Below the pieces are notes generated by a model, which was not told where the DNA came from, did no database searches, and saw only the letters and a list, made by a program, of their open reading frames with translations. A stretch of 64,000 nt of DNA from a virus. Taxonomy: Duplodnaviria; Caudoviricetes. A program made the translations under genes and the position numbers. Within the stretch, counting starts at the first letter, position 1; each line of letters begins with the position of its first letter. The DNA is taken from positions 1 through 64,000 of IMG/VR virus record IMGVR_UViG_3300020049_013434. The stretch is one strand, 5' to 3'. Of the stretch, positions 1 to 8,867 are shown in pieces.

Positions 1-66
1 ACCGTCGCTGTGTGCATAACATTAACCCTCTCTGAACCGTCGCACCCCGCCATTCAACGTCAGGAC

Positions 67-104
67 AAAGGCTAACCCAAGCAGGCAGGTTAGCCTTTCT
101 TTTT
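67..104 (+). terminator. Rho-independent terminator
   Basis: AAAGGCTAACC (67-77) pairs with GGTTAGCCTTT (88-98) and is followed by a T tract. Confidence 0.7.
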
Positions 105-145
105 ACCCACAGAACTATACTGTAGTATACTATGATATACTACCA

Positions 146-183
146 TTTTCCCACTTGACAACCATTGAAAGGTATGTTAGAAT
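146..183 (+). promoter_or_regulatory. sigma70-type early promoter
   Basis: TTTTCCCAC-TTGACA(155-160)-17 nt-TAGAAT(178-183), with extended -10 TG. Confidence 0.8.
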
Positions 184-239
184 ACTGTTAGCTAGTACGA
201 CGGCGAGTGAGAGCGCTGATATAGTGAAAGGAATGCCCA

Positions 240-929
240 ATGACAACTCGTGGCTGTGGTGACCGCGTGGCTGGTGGCATTTATCTAGAATGTCGACCTG
301 GCTTTGGCGGTAAGCCCGTAGAGTACTTCTTATTCTGTCCACCTATTCCCGTTCCAGACGAATGGGGGCTGACTCCGGTTGGCTCGCGTCTGATTCTCGA
401 CAATGTGGTGGACTGGATTGGCGAGTCGCACTACCCCAACGTTCTTGACTGGGTCGAAGAGGTTCGGATCTTTGGCATAAGCGCTCGCATACCGAGCGAT
501 TTCCCTTTTGAAAAATTAACAGCAGGCAGTCGCTTCATGCCGGTTCACCGGCGCGGACTGATTGGCAACTATGAAGAAATGCGCCTCTACTTCCCCAACG
601 GCAAGCGCGAAGCAAACTGCCCCAGTCTTACTCACGGCGCCTGCGAAGGACCGTGTGCTGGTCTATGGTGGGAGGACGTGCAAGGCGCTGAGGATTCTCC
701 GCGTGACAAGTGGCGTTGGTCACGTCCGGTAGAGCGTGCCATGCCAAGCTTCAAGTACGTCGCCAATGGCGCACCGGACGGTTTTGTGCCGCGCTACATT
801 CCAGCGATTCTCGGCGCTTTCCCGCTGACTAGAATCGCGGTTGTGCGTGGCGACGACTCGGAAGAGAAGCTGAACAAGCTGAGTAGCGTCCTGTCGTTTC
901 CCATTCCCCTTGTTGAAGTGGAGGAGTGA
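240..929 (+). CDS. hypothetical phage protein
   Basis: 229-aa ORF with RBS (AAAGGAA), first gene after the promoter. Confidence 0.7.
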   Translation: MTTRGCGDRVAGGIYLECRPGFGGKPVEYFLFCPPIPVPDEWGLTPVGSRLILDNVVDWIGESHYPNVLDWVEEVRIFGISARIPSDFPFEKLTAGSRFMPVHRRGLIGNYEEMRLYFPNGKREANCPSLTHGACEGPCAGLWWEDVQGAEDSPRDKWRWSRPVERAMPSFKYVANGAPDGFVPRYIPAILGAFPLTRIAVVRGDDSEEKLNKLSSVLSFPIPLVEVEE

Positions 930-930
930 C

Positions 931-1443
931 ATGCGAATCTTTTTCCGCTTAGAGAACAACACTTGTATTGTCCGTGGCTTTGACGAAGTGCTGTACATGG
1001 ACCGCGTCACCGACCGCCTGGCACTGCATGAGGCAATGGAAGTTCTGTCTATTCGCAAGCTGTGTGTGTCGAGCATGGCGGTTGCCACGGGGACGAAAGC
1101 GATCTTTGAGATTGAGTTCTGTCTCGCCGGTCGCCACATGATACCGGAGGCAATGAGCGAAGAGGGGCTGATTGAGTGGCTTGGCATGTGCAAGGACTCA
1201 ATCTACGACCCTGGCTTGCTCATTATGACCCTGACCGACGAAGCCGGTAAGCAGTCCAAGCAGCACTATCTGGTCTACGAGGACGCAATCGAGCGCTTAG
1301 TGACTGGGCAAGTGTGGTGCACGACCAACCCTGCCGACCTGATCCCTTATCTTGGCGCAACTGCCGCAACCTGGGTCCTGCGCCGTATCGACAGCATTGA
1401 CGAGCACGGTGAATATGTAGCGAGCGCAGAGCTTGCTTTTTAG
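931..1443 (+). CDS. hypothetical protein
   Basis: ATG at 931 after GGAGGAG; packed tightly in the operon. Confidence 0.65.
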   Translation: MRIFFRLENNTCIVRGFDEVLYMDRVTDRLALHEAMEVLSIRKLCVSSMAVATGTKAIFEIEFCLAGRHMIPEAMSEEGLIEWLGMCKDSIYDPGLLIMTLTDEAGKQSKQHYLVYEDAIERLVTGQVWCTTNPADLIPYLGATAATWVLRRIDSIDEHGEYVASAELAF

Positions 1444-1451
1444 GAGGACTT

Positions 1452-1640
1452 ATGGGACACAACTGCGAAACCTGCGGGGCACCGAACGCCAAGTTCGAGA
1501 AGACCAAGAAGGAAAAGCGGCGACGACGGATCGTGAGCGGTCGCCATGTCACGGCGCCCATTACCGTATCGCGCCAGGTCCACTACTTCTGCGACCGTGA
1601 ATGCGCCAATGCATCCGAGGTGGAGGTCATGTACGTATGA
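1452..1640 (+). CDS. small Zn-finger protein (TRASH/YHS-like)
   Basis: CETC...YFCDREC; RBS AGGAGG. Confidence 0.55.
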   Translation: MGHNCETCGAPNAKFEKTKKEKRRRRIVSGRHVTAPITVSRQVHYFCDRECANASEVEVMYV

Positions 1641-2011
1641 GCCACTATTCATACAGACTGCAACTACTTATCAACGGCGAAATTTGTGACGTGACGCAAC
1701 GGGCAATGGTTTTACTTGACGCCATTGACCCAGATCACCCGCTTGACTTTGTTGGCTTTGCTAACCATTGGTGCGAGAACTGGGAATACGAAGCTCCGCT
1801 GTCTCGATTATCCAGAGAGCCAGGAGGAATCATTCTTTCCCTCACGGTCTATGATCATGACACTGAGGACCAATGGCGCGACTATTTCAAGAACGGCTAT
1901 ATGCAAACCACTTACCCATCGCTGACCTTTGCAAAGCCGGACGACAACAACTGGCTTGTAGTAAAGGAGAACAGCGGTGGGGAAGAAGAAGACGAAGCGA
2001 TTGAAGTTTGA
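1637..2011 (+). CDS. hypothetical protein
   Basis: ATGA overlap with the previous gene; acidic protein. Confidence 0.6.
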   Translation: MSHYSYRLQLLINGEICDVTQRAMVLLDAIDPDHPLDFVGFANHWCENWEYEAPLSRLSREPGGIILSLTVYDHDTEDQWRDYFKNGYMQTTYPSLTFAKPDDNNWLVVKENSGGEEEDEAIEV

Positions 2012-2186
2012 GTGTTACGTCACCAGAGGTGGAACATGGCGACGCAAGTTCACCTACCTGGAGACGCTGGTTAGATATTTACAAGTGCCGCCACACCCGG
2101 AGGTCTACTTTGTTCACCGGGGAGACAAGATTGTGAACGGCGCCGATTTTCTGAAGGAGTACAAACGTGGAAAGATTAATCCCTGA
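1977..2186 (+). CDS. hypothetical protein
   Basis: fills the gap in the operon. Confidence 0.5.
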   Translation: MGKKKTKRLKFECYVTRGGTWRRKFTYLETLVRYLQVPPHPEVYFVHRGDKIVNGADFLKEYKRGKINP

Positions 2187-2934
2187 CGTGCAGCCGGAGA
2201 CCCGTTATATAAAGTGTAGCGACCTGCCGTCAATCGAAGAACTGAACTGTCAGCGCCCGTCGCCAGCCTTTGTGACGAGTGTGGTGGCGCACCAGATTCA
2301 CCCGATCATTGTGATCGACCACCCGTTCAACGGCTATCAGTTAGTTGCCGGCAATCGGCGGGTCTATGCAGCGCACCTGGGCGGCAAGGAAAGCCTGCGC
2401 GCTGACGTGTACCAGCCGGGCGACATTAGCCCTACACTTATCACAGTCGCCGAGAACAATCAGCGCAAGCCCAACCCGCTCAGCGACTATGACGCCATTA
2501 TGCCCATGCTCAACAGCCACACAATTGAAGAGGTGGCAGCGCAGTTGCACTTGCCGGTTGGTGTAGTGAGACGGGCAATCAAGCTGCAAAAACTGGACAG
2601 TCGGCTGTTGCAAATGGCGCGCAGTGGTGATATTGCTATGGGCACAGCATTGAAGTTAGCCAGCAAGGGCAAGGGTGTGCAGGAAGCGGTGCTGGCGAAG
2701 GCTGCCGAGGGCTGCGACGTGACGGCTGATCTGGTAAAGCGCTGTACGACGACTGTGCTGCAGGCTCAAATGCCGACGCTGCCGATTCGTGACCTGCCGG
2801 GCGGCACCATTGGGCTGTGGTTCGAGCGGGCACTCACGACGGCGAAGGGGGTTAAGTTGCTATTCCACCGCGACGGGCAACAGGAGGAGTTTGTATTGCC
2901 GGTCGAGAAACTATATGAAGTCGTAGCAAGATAA
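2167..2934 (+). CDS. ParB/Spo0J-like protein
   Basis: IHPIIV...YQLVAGNRR ParB-N motif, ENNQRK, followed by an HTH (TIEEVAAQLHL). Confidence 0.75.
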   Translation: MERLIPDVQPETRYIKCSDLPSIEELNCQRPSPAFVTSVVAHQIHPIIVIDHPFNGYQLVAGNRRVYAAHLGGKESLRADVYQPGDISPTLITVAENNQRKPNPLSDYDAIMPMLNSHTIEEVAAQLHLPVGVVRRAIKLQKLDSRLLQMARSGDIAMGTALKLASKGKGVQEAVLAKAAEGCDVTADLVKRCTTTVLQAQMPTLPIRDLPGGTIGLWFERALTTAKGVKLLFHRDGQQEEFVLPVEKLYEVVAR

Positions 2935-2952
2935 GGAGAGAAGGAGTACGGT

Positions 2953-3222
2953 ATGACAGATAAGGAAGTGCGCGTTATTGTTGCCTGTGTCAATGCCAGC
3001 GGGCAGAGCGATCTTGTTCCGCTACTTGCTTCCTGTACGGTAGAGCAGATAGAGAATGCCGAGCACACACAGGCTGCCCAAGACTACCTATTGACGTTGG
3101 ACTACGAGCCGCCAATGGTGCCGTTCGATATTACGGATAGCCACTGGGGTATGTTCCGCCTGTCCGGCTGGGGCGACGACGACATGGTTCATATCGACAT
3201 ATCACGAGGTCGCCAATGGTAA
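2953..3222 (+). CDS. hypothetical protein
   Basis: RBS AAGGAG, 89 aa. Confidence 0.6.
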   Translation: MTDKEVRVIVACVNASGQSDLVPLLASCTVEQIENAEHTQAAQDYLLTLDYEPPMVPFDITDSHWGMFRLSGWGDDDMVHIDISRGRQW

Positions 3223-3491
3223 CATGGCAGCAACGTGGCACCGTCTTTGATCTGAAGCGCAACAGCATTACAATCGCTACCCTCATGCGCAGACGGACCA
3301 AGGAGGGCTTTGAGTATTATGACTGGCTATCTAAGCTAGTCTGCGGGACAGACCTGGAAACTATCTGCCAAGACTTAACCGAGGAAATGGGGAAATATGA
3401 ACGAGTTCAAGGAAAATCTACTGCTGTTGTTGGAGGTCGCGACGGTGGTCCACTACCGCTTTGTACAGGAGGGGACCCAGTGCTGTTTTGA
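3216..3491 (+). CDS. hypothetical protein
   Basis: RBS GAGG; overlaps its neighbours. Confidence 0.45.
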   Translation: MVTWQQRGTVFDLKRNSITIATLMRRRTKEGFEYYDWLSKLVCGTDLETICQDLTEEMGKYERVQGKSTAVVGGRDGGPLPLCTGGDPVLF

Positions 3492-3660
3492 GGCAGTCAC
3501 AAACGTTGACGAAGAACCGCGTGAGGAGTGGGCGTCCTACACGGCTTATGACGGGTCCGAAGAGGCGGACGCTGTGCTGGCTGCCGAGCTAGAGCTCAAT
3601 GGCTTCTTCGTTAGCGATCTTTCCGGCAGCGATAGCAGCGACTACGTCGCCAACTATTGA
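3397..3660 (+). CDS. hypothetical acidic protein
   Basis: 87-aa ORF, convergent with the next gene. Confidence 0.5.
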   Translation: MNEFKENLLLLLEVATVVHYRFVQEGTQCCFEAVTNVDEEPREEWASYTAYDGSEEADAVLAAELELNGFFVSDLSGSDSSDYVANY

Positions 3661-4167
3661 GCGCACGTCGGTGTTGGTGGCTTGGGCGTAGGCGTGTAGA
3701 TCAATCTCGTCACGCTTCGCCCAGCCCCGCTTCTTACCCTTAGTGTTCAGGACGTGCAGCACCGCCCAGTCCTTCTCGGCTTTGGTAGCACGGACGAGGG
3801 CAGCTTCAGCGAAGTCCACAATCGACTCGCTGGCATTGTCGTCCTCAACCTGGAGCGCACGATTCTCGCGAATCCACTGCTCAACGATATGGCGCTGCGT
3901 GTTCATGTGTTCAGCGATAAGGGTGCGGTTACCGCAGGTCTCACGAATCAGTAGACCGACCTTAGCAAGCGCCATGCGGTAGGCGCTCTTGAGTTCAGGC
4001 GAGGAGTCGACAATTTCCTTGACCTCACGATAGTCGATACCAGTCGCCAAGCCGACCATGATATAGCTGGGACCTTGGCGCAGTATTTCTTGGAGGATAA
4101 GTTGGTTAAGTGTAATGGGAGAACTACTTTTATCTAATACCCGTGTGCTGTCCGGCGCTTCATTCAT
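3589..4167 (-). CDS. putative terminase small subunit-like protein
   Basis: HTH-like N-terminus; C-terminal DFAEAAL...AVLHVLNTKGKKRGW..RDEI resembles the LKTKGKxRGY motif of TerS-like phage proteins. Confidence 0.5.
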   Translation of the reverse strand: MNEAPDSTRVLDKSSSPITLNQLILQEILRQGPSYIMVGLATGIDYREVKEIVDSSPELKSAYRMALAKVGLLIRETCGNRTLIAEHMNTQRHIVEQWIRENRALQVEDDNASESIVDFAEAALVRATKAEKDWAVLHVLNTKGKKRGWAKRDEIDLHAYAQATNTDVRSIVGDVVAAIAAGKIANEEAIEL

Positions 4168-4252
4168 ACTTTATCTCCCTGTGGAGGACAAGATCGCCTA
4201 CTCGATAGACGATCACCAGATTCAGTTGTCCACCGGCGAGATACGCTACCGA

Positions 4253-4768
4253 ATGGACGTTCTAATGCTCAGGATAGCTCGCGTGGAGGAGTTTGTCAAG
4301 ATGCTGATTCAACGGTCAATTAGACCGCCAGTCATGCTTAAGCCGCAAGAGTATGCCGACCGCTTCAGCATTGACCGGGCGAACGTGGTACGGTTTTGCC
4401 GCAGTGCTTTGGGCGCCTTCTTTGGCGTAGCGCTCCTGAGCGACGTGCGGTCTTCCTACCGCATACCGGAGGACATAGACGTACCAACGGTCATGATGGC
4501 AAAATTGAGCCGTCAGCAGAACGGGGTGCCGGCGAGAGACTTGATCATGGCGGCACTCATGAGTGGACATTCGACCCGTGGTCTTTCGATTGTCGAGCTG
4601 TGCAAACGGCTAAAGATTAATCGAGAGGCGGCGAACAAGGCAGTAAGGCAATTGATTGTCGACGACCTGGTAGTGAGAGCTGGGCGCGGCAAGATTAGAC
4701 TCAATGTGAAAGGAAATGTACGAGATGGCTACCCAAAAAACATACCAGAGCGCACAGGATCAAATTGA
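4253..4768 (+). CDS. HTH/wHTH DNA-binding protein
   Basis: two HTH-like segments (PQEYADRFSIDRANVVRFC; SIVELCKRLKINREAANKAVRQL); start uncertain (ORF open from 4115). Confidence 0.5.
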   Translation: MDVLMLRIARVEEFVKMLIQRSIRPPVMLKPQEYADRFSIDRANVVRFCRSALGAFFGVALLSDVRSSYRIPEDIDVPTVMMAKLSRQQNGVPARDLIMAALMSGHSTRGLSIVELCKRLKINREAANKAVRQLIVDDLVVRAGRGKIRLNVKGNVRDGYPKNIPERTGSN

Positions 4769-6209
4769 TAGCACGGGCACAGAGATCGTGAGACGACTGG
4801 AGACCTCGCTTGGCTTACCTGATCAGATTAAGAACAGCCTCATGAAAGGCGGGCTATCGCAGGGCGACGTGGCAATCGTGGCGGCCGCCTGTGTTAGTAC
4901 CGGGGTCGACCCGCGCCTTATGGCTTATCCCAACAACATTCCTCCGATCATTCGCATGATGGACATGATGAAGAATCATGGCTACATTCCGGGCGAGGAT
5001 TTTTATGTCGCCGTCTACAAGAGCAACGTTGCGCTACCAGACGAGACTGGTGTACCGAGCGAGCAGAAGACCCGTGTGCCCACCGTTGTCGTCATGCCTA
5101 GCGCCGCCCGCGCAGTTGCCAACATGAAAGAAGACGGTCGTCTTTACGGCAAGACCTTCCATGTTTCCACCAAGGAGATTGTTGGCGCAGAGGCAAAGAA
5201 AATCTTCGAGCAGGACGTTCCAGGTGGCGCCTACGTCGAAGGAAAGACGCGTGTGGTCAAAGCTACCTTGAAGACCTTTGTCGCTGGCATTGGCGCTCTG
5301 GATAGCCCAGGCGAAGAGCCTGTGTTCTACGGATTCTTCACGCCGTACAAGAAAGACAAGCAGGGCAAAGCTGTTGAGGACTGGCTGGAGTCAGGCAAGG
5401 TCAAGGACAACTATGGACCAGTTGATATTGCCACCAAGCGCGCCCAGACTAAGGCTGCCCGTTATGTCACACGAACCAACTATAGCCGAGACAATCGCCC
5501 TGTAGACGTTCGTATGGCGGCACTGGTGGACAGCGCAAATAACAAGCTGGCTGCCCTGGAAGCCTCTGGCGAGCTTGAGTCAGCTTTCGCGGAGACTTAT
5601 GTAGACATTGATCTTCCATTCGACGAAACGCCAGCCGAAAAGCGCGAACGTGAGACGCCTGCCCGTGACAAGGTTGCCATTGCTCAGCCCAAAATCGAGA
5701 TTGACGACGAGGGCAATATCAACGCCGAGCTTAGCAGCGGCGAGGACTTTGGCGCAATGTGGGAGGTCGTGGAAGAGCAGGGCGAGAAGAAGACTGGTGA
5801 CACGCCACTATCGCCAGCGCAGCAAATTGAAGCGCTCATGAAGGGTATTGACAACGACCTGAGCGACGAGGACCGTGGCATGGTGAGTAAGATTCGCACG
5901 TCCACCGTTAACCCTGACGTGCCGACTACGGTCGTTGCTAACGTGCTTGGTATCTGTCGCAAGTGTGGCGGTTGGACTCCTGGCGAGACGTTCGCCGGCA
6001 TGGAGAAGGCTGAGATTGCTGCGCGATACGTGATCGGTGCTGGTCCACACGACGAGCTGAAGACGAAGCCGTTTCGTGCGCTATCCGGGAAGATTGTTGA
6101 GTTCGGCATGAAGGACGGGCAAGAGGTTAAAAATCTCAATTACGAGGAGCCATACCTGACCTCTATGCTGTTCAATGTCTGCGACATTATCAACGCTTTG
6201 ACTGAATAA
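4716..6209 (+). CDS. putative RecT/Redbeta-like single-strand annealing protein
   Basis: DIATKRAQTKAAR helix resembles the RecT/Bet core; acidic C-terminal half; sits in the replication module. Confidence 0.4.
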   Translation: MYEMATQKTYQSAQDQIDSTGTEIVRRLETSLGLPDQIKNSLMKGGLSQGDVAIVAAACVSTGVDPRLMAYPNNIPPIIRMMDMMKNHGYIPGEDFYVAVYKSNVALPDETGVPSEQKTRVPTVVVMPSAARAVANMKEDGRLYGKTFHVSTKEIVGAEAKKIFEQDVPGGAYVEGKTRVVKATLKTFVAGIGALDSPGEEPVFYGFFTPYKKDKQGKAVEDWLESGKVKDNYGPVDIATKRAQTKAARYVTRTNYSRDNRPVDVRMAALVDSANNKLAALEASGELESAFAETYVDIDLPFDETPAEKRERETPARDKVAIAQPKIEIDDEGNINAELSSGEDFGAMWEVVEEQGEKKTGDTPLSPAQQIEALMKGIDNDLSDEDRGMVSKIRTSTVNPDVPTTVVANVLGICRKCGGWTPGETFAGMEKAEIAARYVIGAGPHDELKTKPFRALSGKIVEFGMKDGQEVKNLNYEEPYLTSMLFNVCDIINALTE

Positions 6210-6218
6210 GGAGGAGCT

Positions 6219-7241
6219 ATGAAATTCCACGTTGCCATTAACCTGAGATTCGTAGGCAAAATGGAGCGTGGCGACAAGGGGTGGAAGGAGTTCAATAACT
6301 CCTTCGCCTCGGTCGAGACGGACGCAGTGGGCTTGGCAAATGCGATTCACGCCGGTCACGCTCACTGCGCCTGTCACAGCCACGTCAGCCACCGCAAGGA
6401 AGCTCGACGAGAAGACGGCACGAAGTTTATGTACGACGGCGCCTACCGCGACATACTGAACTTCACAGGAATGCAGACGGCATGTTTGGACTTTGACGGC
6501 ATGAAGCCAGAGGACAGCATTCAAGCCCTGCTCTCTGATCCCCTGATTGACAAGCGGGCGGCGCTGTTGTACTCGACCAGCTCTAGCAAGCCGGAAGCGC
6601 CACGGACCAGAGTTGTCTTTATCCTAGAGCGCATATTGACCGACCCGGACGAAGCCAGGTTGTTTAGCAAAGCCCTGACAAGCAGCTATCAACGGGCTGA
6701 CAAGTCTGGCAGTGACGTTATGAAAGCCTGGTCAGGCAGCCTGAACTGCGACATGTATCTCAATGAGGAGGCGTACATTCCGCACCGTATCGTCGAGGGC
6801 ATTATCGCAACGGCGCGACGGGCAGAGGAGGAGTACAAGGAGCGCCAACGACAATACCTGGACGGCGTTGGGCACGACAAAATGAAGGAGAAGCTGCGAG
6901 CGGCGCTCAAGTTTGTTCCGCAGCACATGGACTACAACGACTGGCTCAAAGCCCTCATGGCGGCCTACAGCGTCTTTCCAGACGAGACTGGTGTGGCAAT
7001 CATTGAGGAGTGGAGCCCTGGCTACGGAAGTGGACCAACGAGCGAGGTCGCGAGAAAGTTCACCATGTTCAGGGACGTGCGAATTAGCCCAAGCTGGATC
7101 TTTGCCGTCGCCTACAACCGTGGGTGGCGTGATCCAGACGGTACGAGCGCCGACTACGGCGACATAATCGACTGGATATTGAAGGAGCGAGGTAATGACA
7201 GTAACGCGAGTGAGACGCGTGATAAACAAGGCGAAGATTGA
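6219..7241 (+). CDS. primase (AEP-like) with PriCT-2 domain
   Basis: CLDFD, YSTSS..PRTRVVF; C-terminal ALKFVP..DYNDWLKALMA..EEWS. Confidence 0.7.
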   Translation: MKFHVAINLRFVGKMERGDKGWKEFNNSFASVETDAVGLANAIHAGHAHCACHSHVSHRKEARREDGTKFMYDGAYRDILNFTGMQTACLDFDGMKPEDSIQALLSDPLIDKRAALLYSTSSSKPEAPRTRVVFILERILTDPDEARLFSKALTSSYQRADKSGSDVMKAWSGSLNCDMYLNEEAYIPHRIVEGIIATARRAEEEYKERQRQYLDGVGHDKMKEKLRAALKFVPQHMDYNDWLKALMAAYSVFPDETGVAIIEEWSPGYGSGPTSEVARKFTMFRDVRISPSWIFAVAYNRGWRDPDGTSADYGDIIDWILKERGNDSNASETRDKQGED

Positions 7242-7473
7242 AACGTCTGACGCCCAGGAGTTAGTGGAAGGAAAGGCAAAGGAGCTAGGGACCTGGTTCT
7301 CCGCGCCGGACATGGCATTGCTGTTGCCACATGCGCGGAGAATATCTTGGACGTGCCATAGCCTGGTGCGCCGAAACGTGCTGGAGATGCGGGTCAACCC
7401 CCGCTACGCTAACACCGGGCGTTTTCACCAGCGCAATGACTTTATACAGTACAAGATAAAAGGAGGAGTATGA
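7195..7473 (+). CDS. hypothetical (wHTH-like) protein
   Basis: 92 aa within the operon. Confidence 0.5.
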   Translation: MTVTRVRRVINKAKIETSDAQELVEGKAKELGTWFSAPDMALLLPHARRISWTCHSLVRRNVLEMRVNPRYANTGRFHQRNDFIQYKIKGGV

Positions 7474-8069
7474 GCGCAACGAATCGTGGGGCTAAGCGCC
7501 TCACCAACAACGCATTCAACACGCCGCCTTACGCGATCGAGGGCTTTCTGGAGAAGGTGCAGCTACCTTGGCTCACAACCTTCTTAGAACCATGTCGCGG
7601 CAAGGGGCATATCTATGACCGGATCAGTTGCCACCGTCGCCTACACTGCGAGATTGAGGAAGGCAACGACTACCTGACCTGGCAGCCACCGTGCCACGTC
7701 GACGCAATTGTGACAAACCCGCCTTTCCCGTTAGCTTTGGAGTTCCTGCAAAAGAGCTTGCACGAGGCTAAGTTCGTCGCCTACCTGTTGCCATTCGGCT
7801 TCTTTGCCAGCCAGGGGCGCAAGGAGTTCTGGCTCGCCAACAAGCCGACGCACTCCGTCGTCCTGAGTAAGCGCCCGTGCTTCGCCTGGTACTGCAAGGG
7901 CAAGGGCAGAGAAAAGAGCTGCGGGTTTTCGTGTCACCCGGAAGAGTTCACCGAGTGCCCAGACTGCGGCGGTCGGGTGGGACCAGGGACGGACTCTGTC
8001 GATTACAACTGGGTCGTGTGGGATCGGCTGGGCTATATGAAAATAGCGCCGGGAATGGACTGGATATAA
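7470..8069 (+). CDS. DNA amino-methyltransferase
   Basis: FNTP, LEPCRGKG (SAM motif I), TNPPF (motif IV); Cys-rich Zn-ribbon insertion. Confidence 0.8.
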   Translation: MSATNRGAKRLTNNAFNTPPYAIEGFLEKVQLPWLTTFLEPCRGKGHIYDRISCHRRLHCEIEEGNDYLTWQPPCHVDAIVTNPPFPLALEFLQKSLHEAKFVAYLLPFGFFASQGRKEFWLANKPTHSVVLSKRPCFAWYCKGKGREKSCGFSCHPEEFTECPDCGGRVGPGTDSVDYNWVVWDRLGYMKIAPGMDWI

Positions 8070-8071
8070 CT

Positions 8072-8434
8072 ATGGCGAAGAAGAAAAACAGTGACGAGCC
8101 GGCGAAGTCGGACATTGCACCGTTCGACGAGTGGCGCAAGACAATGGTGAGCCTCTTCCCCCGCCCTGACATGCCTATGCTGAGCCCTGTGCTTGAGAAG
8201 GGCATTGAGATCGAGGACTTGCTCAAGGGTTGGCACAAGAATGGTATCGCTGCCGATCGGGTGGCACGTTTGTTCATTATGAGATATGCCCTGGAAATGA
8301 AGACGCTCCAGGAGGAGAAGGAAAATGCCAAGGTGGAAAAACCTCAAGGATCTAGAGGGCAAGGAGGTGACAGTCAACTGGGATCAGTCGTCAGTGAAGC
8401 AGAAGAAGGGCAGCAAGAAGGAGCAGCCGACTGA
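8072..8434 (+). CDS. hypothetical protein
   Basis: ATG at 8072, immediately after the methylase stop. Confidence 0.5.
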   Translation: MAKKKNSDEPAKSDIAPFDEWRKTMVSLFPRPDMPMLSPVLEKGIEIEDLLKGWHKNGIAADRVARLFIMRYALEMKTLQEEKENAKVEKPQGSRGQGGDSQLGSVVSEAEEGQQEGAAD

Positions 8435-8807
8435 GGCGCAGCGCGCATTGAGAGCTGCCAAGCGAGAGGCGCTAGAGAATGATTTCTTGGGCCACTGGGT
8501 GAGAGTCGGTGGTCCAATAGACTTCTGGGAGAAGGTGGACATAGAGGGTTACGAGGGTTACGAGGGTAGATACGAACTAGACTTCTACAATGACCAATAC
8601 AAGGTGGCTGTAGAAGTCCAGGGCGGGCAGTACATGAAGAATAGCGGGCATAAAAATATCAAAGGTCTCGCCCGTGACGCCCGTAAATTGGCTAAGTGTC
8701 ATGCTCTTGGAATCACACTCTATCATATACCGAATGATTTGTTAGCCGATAGGTGGGCAGAGGAAATTCTGCAATTTGTCAGGCGCAAGCAAAGTGAGTT
8801 AGAATGA
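8325..8807 (+). CDS. PD-(D/E)xK endonuclease (DUF559/Vsr-like)
   Basis: ELDFY...VAVEVQGG...H...RDARK. Confidence 0.7.
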   Translation: MPRWKNLKDLEGKEVTVNWDQSSVKQKKGSKKEQPTEAQRALRAAKREALENDFLGHWVRVGGPIDFWEKVDIEGYEGYEGRYELDFYNDQYKVAVEVQGGQYMKNSGHKNIKGLARDARKLAKCHALGITLYHIPNDLLADRWAEEILQFVRRKQSELE

Positions 8808-8867
8808 AACCTTCTTCAAGTCGCGCCTCTCGCGGCATAAAAGGCAGCATGTGAAAGGAATAGTGTT

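Noticed and set aside
8544-8567. GAGGGTTAC short tandem repeat
   Set aside because: In-frame EGY repeat of under three copies, probably slippage with no evident function
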